NCBI GenBank assembly: GCA_036785375.1
Contig: JAWMAR010000025.1
Span: 3,410,001 to 3,474,000, forward strand
From: Leucoraja ocellata
Taxonomy: Eukaryota
Direction of reading: 5' to 3'
DNA: 64,000 nucleotides
Shown: positions 60,269-64,000 of the stretch, piece after piece
Layout of the letters: the number at the start of each line of letters is the position of its first letter
Position numbering within the stretch: position 1 is the first letter of the stretch
Notes under the pieces: model-generated
What the model was told of the DNA's origin: nothing
Database searches by the model: none
The model's input: the letters and a program-made list of their open reading frames with translations, nothing else
Program-made: the position numbers and the translations under genes

Positions 60269-62104
60269 TGTTAAAGTAGACTAAAACGTTTTAATTTGTT
60301 TTAAATTTTATGTTTAAACTTTAAATGTTTAAACTTTAAATTTAATTTTAATTTCAAGTGTTTGTGTACCTTGTTGTGTGTTGAACCAGGGGCCACAGTT
60401 TAAGAATAAGGGGTATGCCATGTCGAAAGGAGATGAAGAACAAGTTTTTCACCCAGAGAGTTGTGAATCTGTGAAATTCTCTGCATCAGAAGGCAGTGGA
60501 GGCCAATTCTCTGGATGCATTCAAGAGAGAGATAGACAGAGCTCTTAAAGATAGCGGAGTCGAGGGATATGGTGAGAAGGCAGGACCAGGGTACTGAATG
60601 TGGATGATCAGCCATGATCACAATGAATGATGGTCTTGGCTCGAAGGGCCAAATGGCCTACTCCTGCACTTATTGTCTATTGACCCTGCTAATCAGGACT
60701 CTGACTTTATAGCGCTGTTATCGTCGAAGGCAACATCAATGCTGCATTAACTACATTCTATGTAAACTGTAGCAGTTATAACATTGTTCAGATAACCTTT
60801 ATTTGTCTTCCTATGAGAAATTCATTTCAAGCTGAGGCTGCATGTCTTCAGACATTTCTCTGTCCTGCATAGCACATGGACTTTCGAAAAGAACAAGGGG
60901 TGGCACAGTGACGCAGCAGTAGAGTTGCTGCCTTACAGCTCCAGATTCATGGGTTTGTTCCTGACTAGGGATTGCGACTGTCTGGAGTTTGTATGTTCTC
61001 CCTGTGACCATGTGGACTTTCTTTGGGTGGTCCGGTTTGCTCCCACACCCCAAAAGACAAAGAGGTTTGTAGGTTAACAGGCCTCTGTAAAGTGTAAATT
61101 GTCTCTAGTGTGTAGGATAATGTTAAGGTACAGGGTGATCGCTGGTCGGCATGGACTCAGTGGGCTGAAGGCCCTGTTTCTATGCCATGTCTCTAACCAG
61201 CTATGTGAGTAATGGCTGCTGCTTTATTCATGGTCATAATGTGTGCAACTTGTAGCCACATGATTGCAGCGTTGTTTTTGAAGCTTTGACTCAGGAAACT
61301 TTACTGTAGGCTACATTTACAACCATACCTGGCACAGCCCTCAATTCCCTGGCATTCCAGACTTTCCTATACAATCAAACTTGTATAAACGTTCCATTGA
61401 AACACCCACCACAAGTCACTTTAAAGATCATAAGATCATAACCATAAGTGATAGGAGTAGAATTGGGCCATTCGGCCCATCAAGTCTACGCCATTCAATC
61501 ATGGCTGATCTATCTCTCGTACCCACCTTTTTCCTGCCTTCTCCCCATAACCTCCGACACCCGTACTCATCAAGAATCTATCTATCTCTGCCTAGATCTA
61601 TCACTCGCATCTGTCTTAAAGATACTTGAATATACCCCCCAAGCAGGTCACATAATCAGTGACGCAGTGGCACAGGTTAATAATAAAGCTCAGAAAGCAA
61701 AAACAAACAATGCAATTCAATTATAGAGTGGTTGAGTTACAGGGCACTAAGGCTCCTGTTAAACCTGAGAAGGGTCTTGATTACATTACAGAGACACAAG
61801 AAACTGCAGGCGTTGTAATATAGAGCAAGAAACAAACGGTTGGAATAACTTAGCAGACCTGAAATGTGGACAATTCCTTTCTCTGCACAGATGCTGCCCA
61901 ACGCACTGTGTTTATCAGCTGTTTATTTTGGGTCTCGATTACATACCGCTTGGATTTCTTGGAATTACGGCTTAGTCACCACACAGGGAAACCACTGCGT
62001 TCTCAGCTCTGCACTGGCTCAATGTGAGAAGAACTGAAGATGGACACAAAAAGCTGGAGTAACTCAGTGGCTCAGACAACATCTCTGGAGAAAAGGAATA
62101 GGTG

Positions 62105-64000
62105 ACATAGAAACATGGAAAATAGGTGCAGGAGGAGGCCATTCGGCCCTTCGAGCCTGCACCGCCATTCATTGTGATCATGGCTGATCATCCACAATCA
62201 GTAACCCGTGTCTACCTTCTTCCCATATCCCTTGATTTTGCTATCCCCAGTGCTCTATCTAACTCTCTTTTAAATGCATCCAGTGAATTGGCCTCTACTG
62301 TCTTCTATGGGAAATTAATTCCACAAATTCAAAACTCTCTGGGATAAAGTTTTTTTCATCTCAGTTTTAAATGGCTTCCCCTTTATTCTTAGACGGTGCC
62401 CCCTGGTTCTGGACTCCCCCAACATTGGGAACATTTTTCCTGCATCTAGCTTGTCAAGTCCTTTTATAATTTTATACAATTCTATAAGATCCCCTCTCAT
62501 CTTTCTAAGTTCCAGTGAATACAAGCCCAGTCTTTCCAATCTTTCCTTATATGACAGTCCGGCCATCCTTGGGATTAACCTCGTGAACCTACGCTGTACT
62601 GCCTCAATGGCAATGATGTCCTTCCTCAAATTAGGAGACCAAAACCGCACACAATACTCCAGATGTGGTCTCACCAGGGCCCTGTATAACTGCAGAAGGA
62701 CCTCTTTACTCCTACACTCAAATCCTCTCGTTATGAAGGCCAACATACCATTAGCTTTCTTCACTGCCTGCTGTACCTGCATGTTTACTTTCAGTGACTG
62801 GTGTACAAGGATACCCAGGTCTCGTTGCACTTCCCTTTTTCCTAATTTGACACCATTGAGATAATAATCTGCCTCCTTGTTCTCCTGCCTCACATTTATC
62901 TACATTATACTGCATCAGCCATGCATCTGCCCACTCACTCAACCTGTCCAAGTCACCCTGCAACCTCCTAACATCCTCTTCGCAGTTCACACTGCCACCC
63001 ATCTTTGTGTCATCTGCAAAATTGCTAGTGTTATTTTAATTTCCTCATCTAAATCATTAATATATATTGTAAATAGTTGCGGCCACAGCACCGAGCCTTG
63101 TGGCACTCCACTCGCCACTGCCTGCCATTCTGACAGGGACCCGTTTATTCATATTCTTTGTTTCCTGACTGCCAACTAATTCTCTATCCATGTCAATACC
63201 CTACTCCCAATATCATGTGCTTTAATTTTGCCCACTAATCTCCTGTGTGGGACCTTATCAAAGGATGTCTGAAAGTCCAGGTACACTACATCCATTGGCT
63301 CTTCATCCATTTTACTTGTCACATCCTCAGAAAATTCCAAAAGATTAGTCAAGCAGGATTTCCCCTTCATAAATCCATGCTGACTTGGACCAATCCTTTT
63401 ACTGATATCCAAACGCGCTGTTATTACTTCTTTAATAATTGACTCCTGCATCTTCCCCACCACCGATGTCAGGCTAACTGGTCTATAATTCCCTGTTTTA
63501 TCTCTCGCTCCTTTTTTGAAAAGTGGAATAACATTAGCTACCCTCCAATCCACAGGAACTGATCCTGAATCTATAGAACATTGGAAAATGATCAAAAATC
63601 CGTCCACGATTTCTAGAGCCACCTCCTTGAGTACCATGGGATGCAAACCATCAGACCCTGAGGATTTATCAGCCTTCAGTCCCATCAGTTTGCCAAATAC
63701 TATTTCTCACCTAATGCAAATTTCTTTCAGTTTCTCTGTCTCCCTAGATCCTCTGTCCTATACAACATCTGGGAAATTATTTGTGTCTACCTTAGTGAAG
63801 ACAGAACCAAAGTACCTGTTCAACTCTTCTGCCATTTCCTTGTTCCCCTTAATAATGTCACCTGTTTCTGCCTCAAGGGACCCACGTTTCTCTTTACTAA
63901 TCTTTTTCTCTTAACTTACCTAAAGAAGCTTTTACCATCTTTCTTTATATTCGTGGCCAGTTTACCCTCGTTCTTCATCTTTTCGCCCCGTATTGCATTT
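62105..64000 (-). mobile_element. CR1 LINE (RT region), runs off the window end
   Basis: ORFs 63176-63685 (NYRPVSLTS, YLDFQTSFDKV), 62751-63002 and 62315-62893, with stops and frameshifts. Confidence 0.9.

Overview
Eukaryotic, repeat-rich genomic DNA, most likely from a cartilaginous fish such as a skate or ray. This is inferred from the repeat types: CR1 LINEs, tRNA-derived HE1/V-SINE-like SINEs, Penelope, Rex1/Babar and DIRS. Bases 1-49171 are a tandem segmental array with a period of about 22 kb (inferred junctions at ~8331 and ~30320). Each unit carries a tiny two-exon gene that the ORF track misses. Exon 1 encodes an 18-codon signal peptide (MKTFILSLCCLVLVLLTM), followed by a phase-0 intron. 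Exon 2 encodes a short Ser/Thr/Pro-rich peptide with N-S-T sequons and a GPI-anchor-type C-terminal signal. This is the CD24/CD52 architecture. Two copies are intact: 20676-22092 (78 aa) and 42594-44136 (115 aa). Their exon 1 and GPI-signal DNA are identical, but their ectodomains differ strongly and are built from 2 versus 5 units of a 33-bp repeat. A third copy (~387-460) is a deletion remnant. The rest is transposon-derived: CR1 LINEs, two copies of a DIRS1-type tyrosine-recombinase retroelement, Penelope fragments with minimal hammerhead ribozyme motifs, a non-autonomous Helitron, solo LTRs, Rex1/Babar and RTE fragments, and SINEs. Transposon boundaries are approximate and were read by eye.
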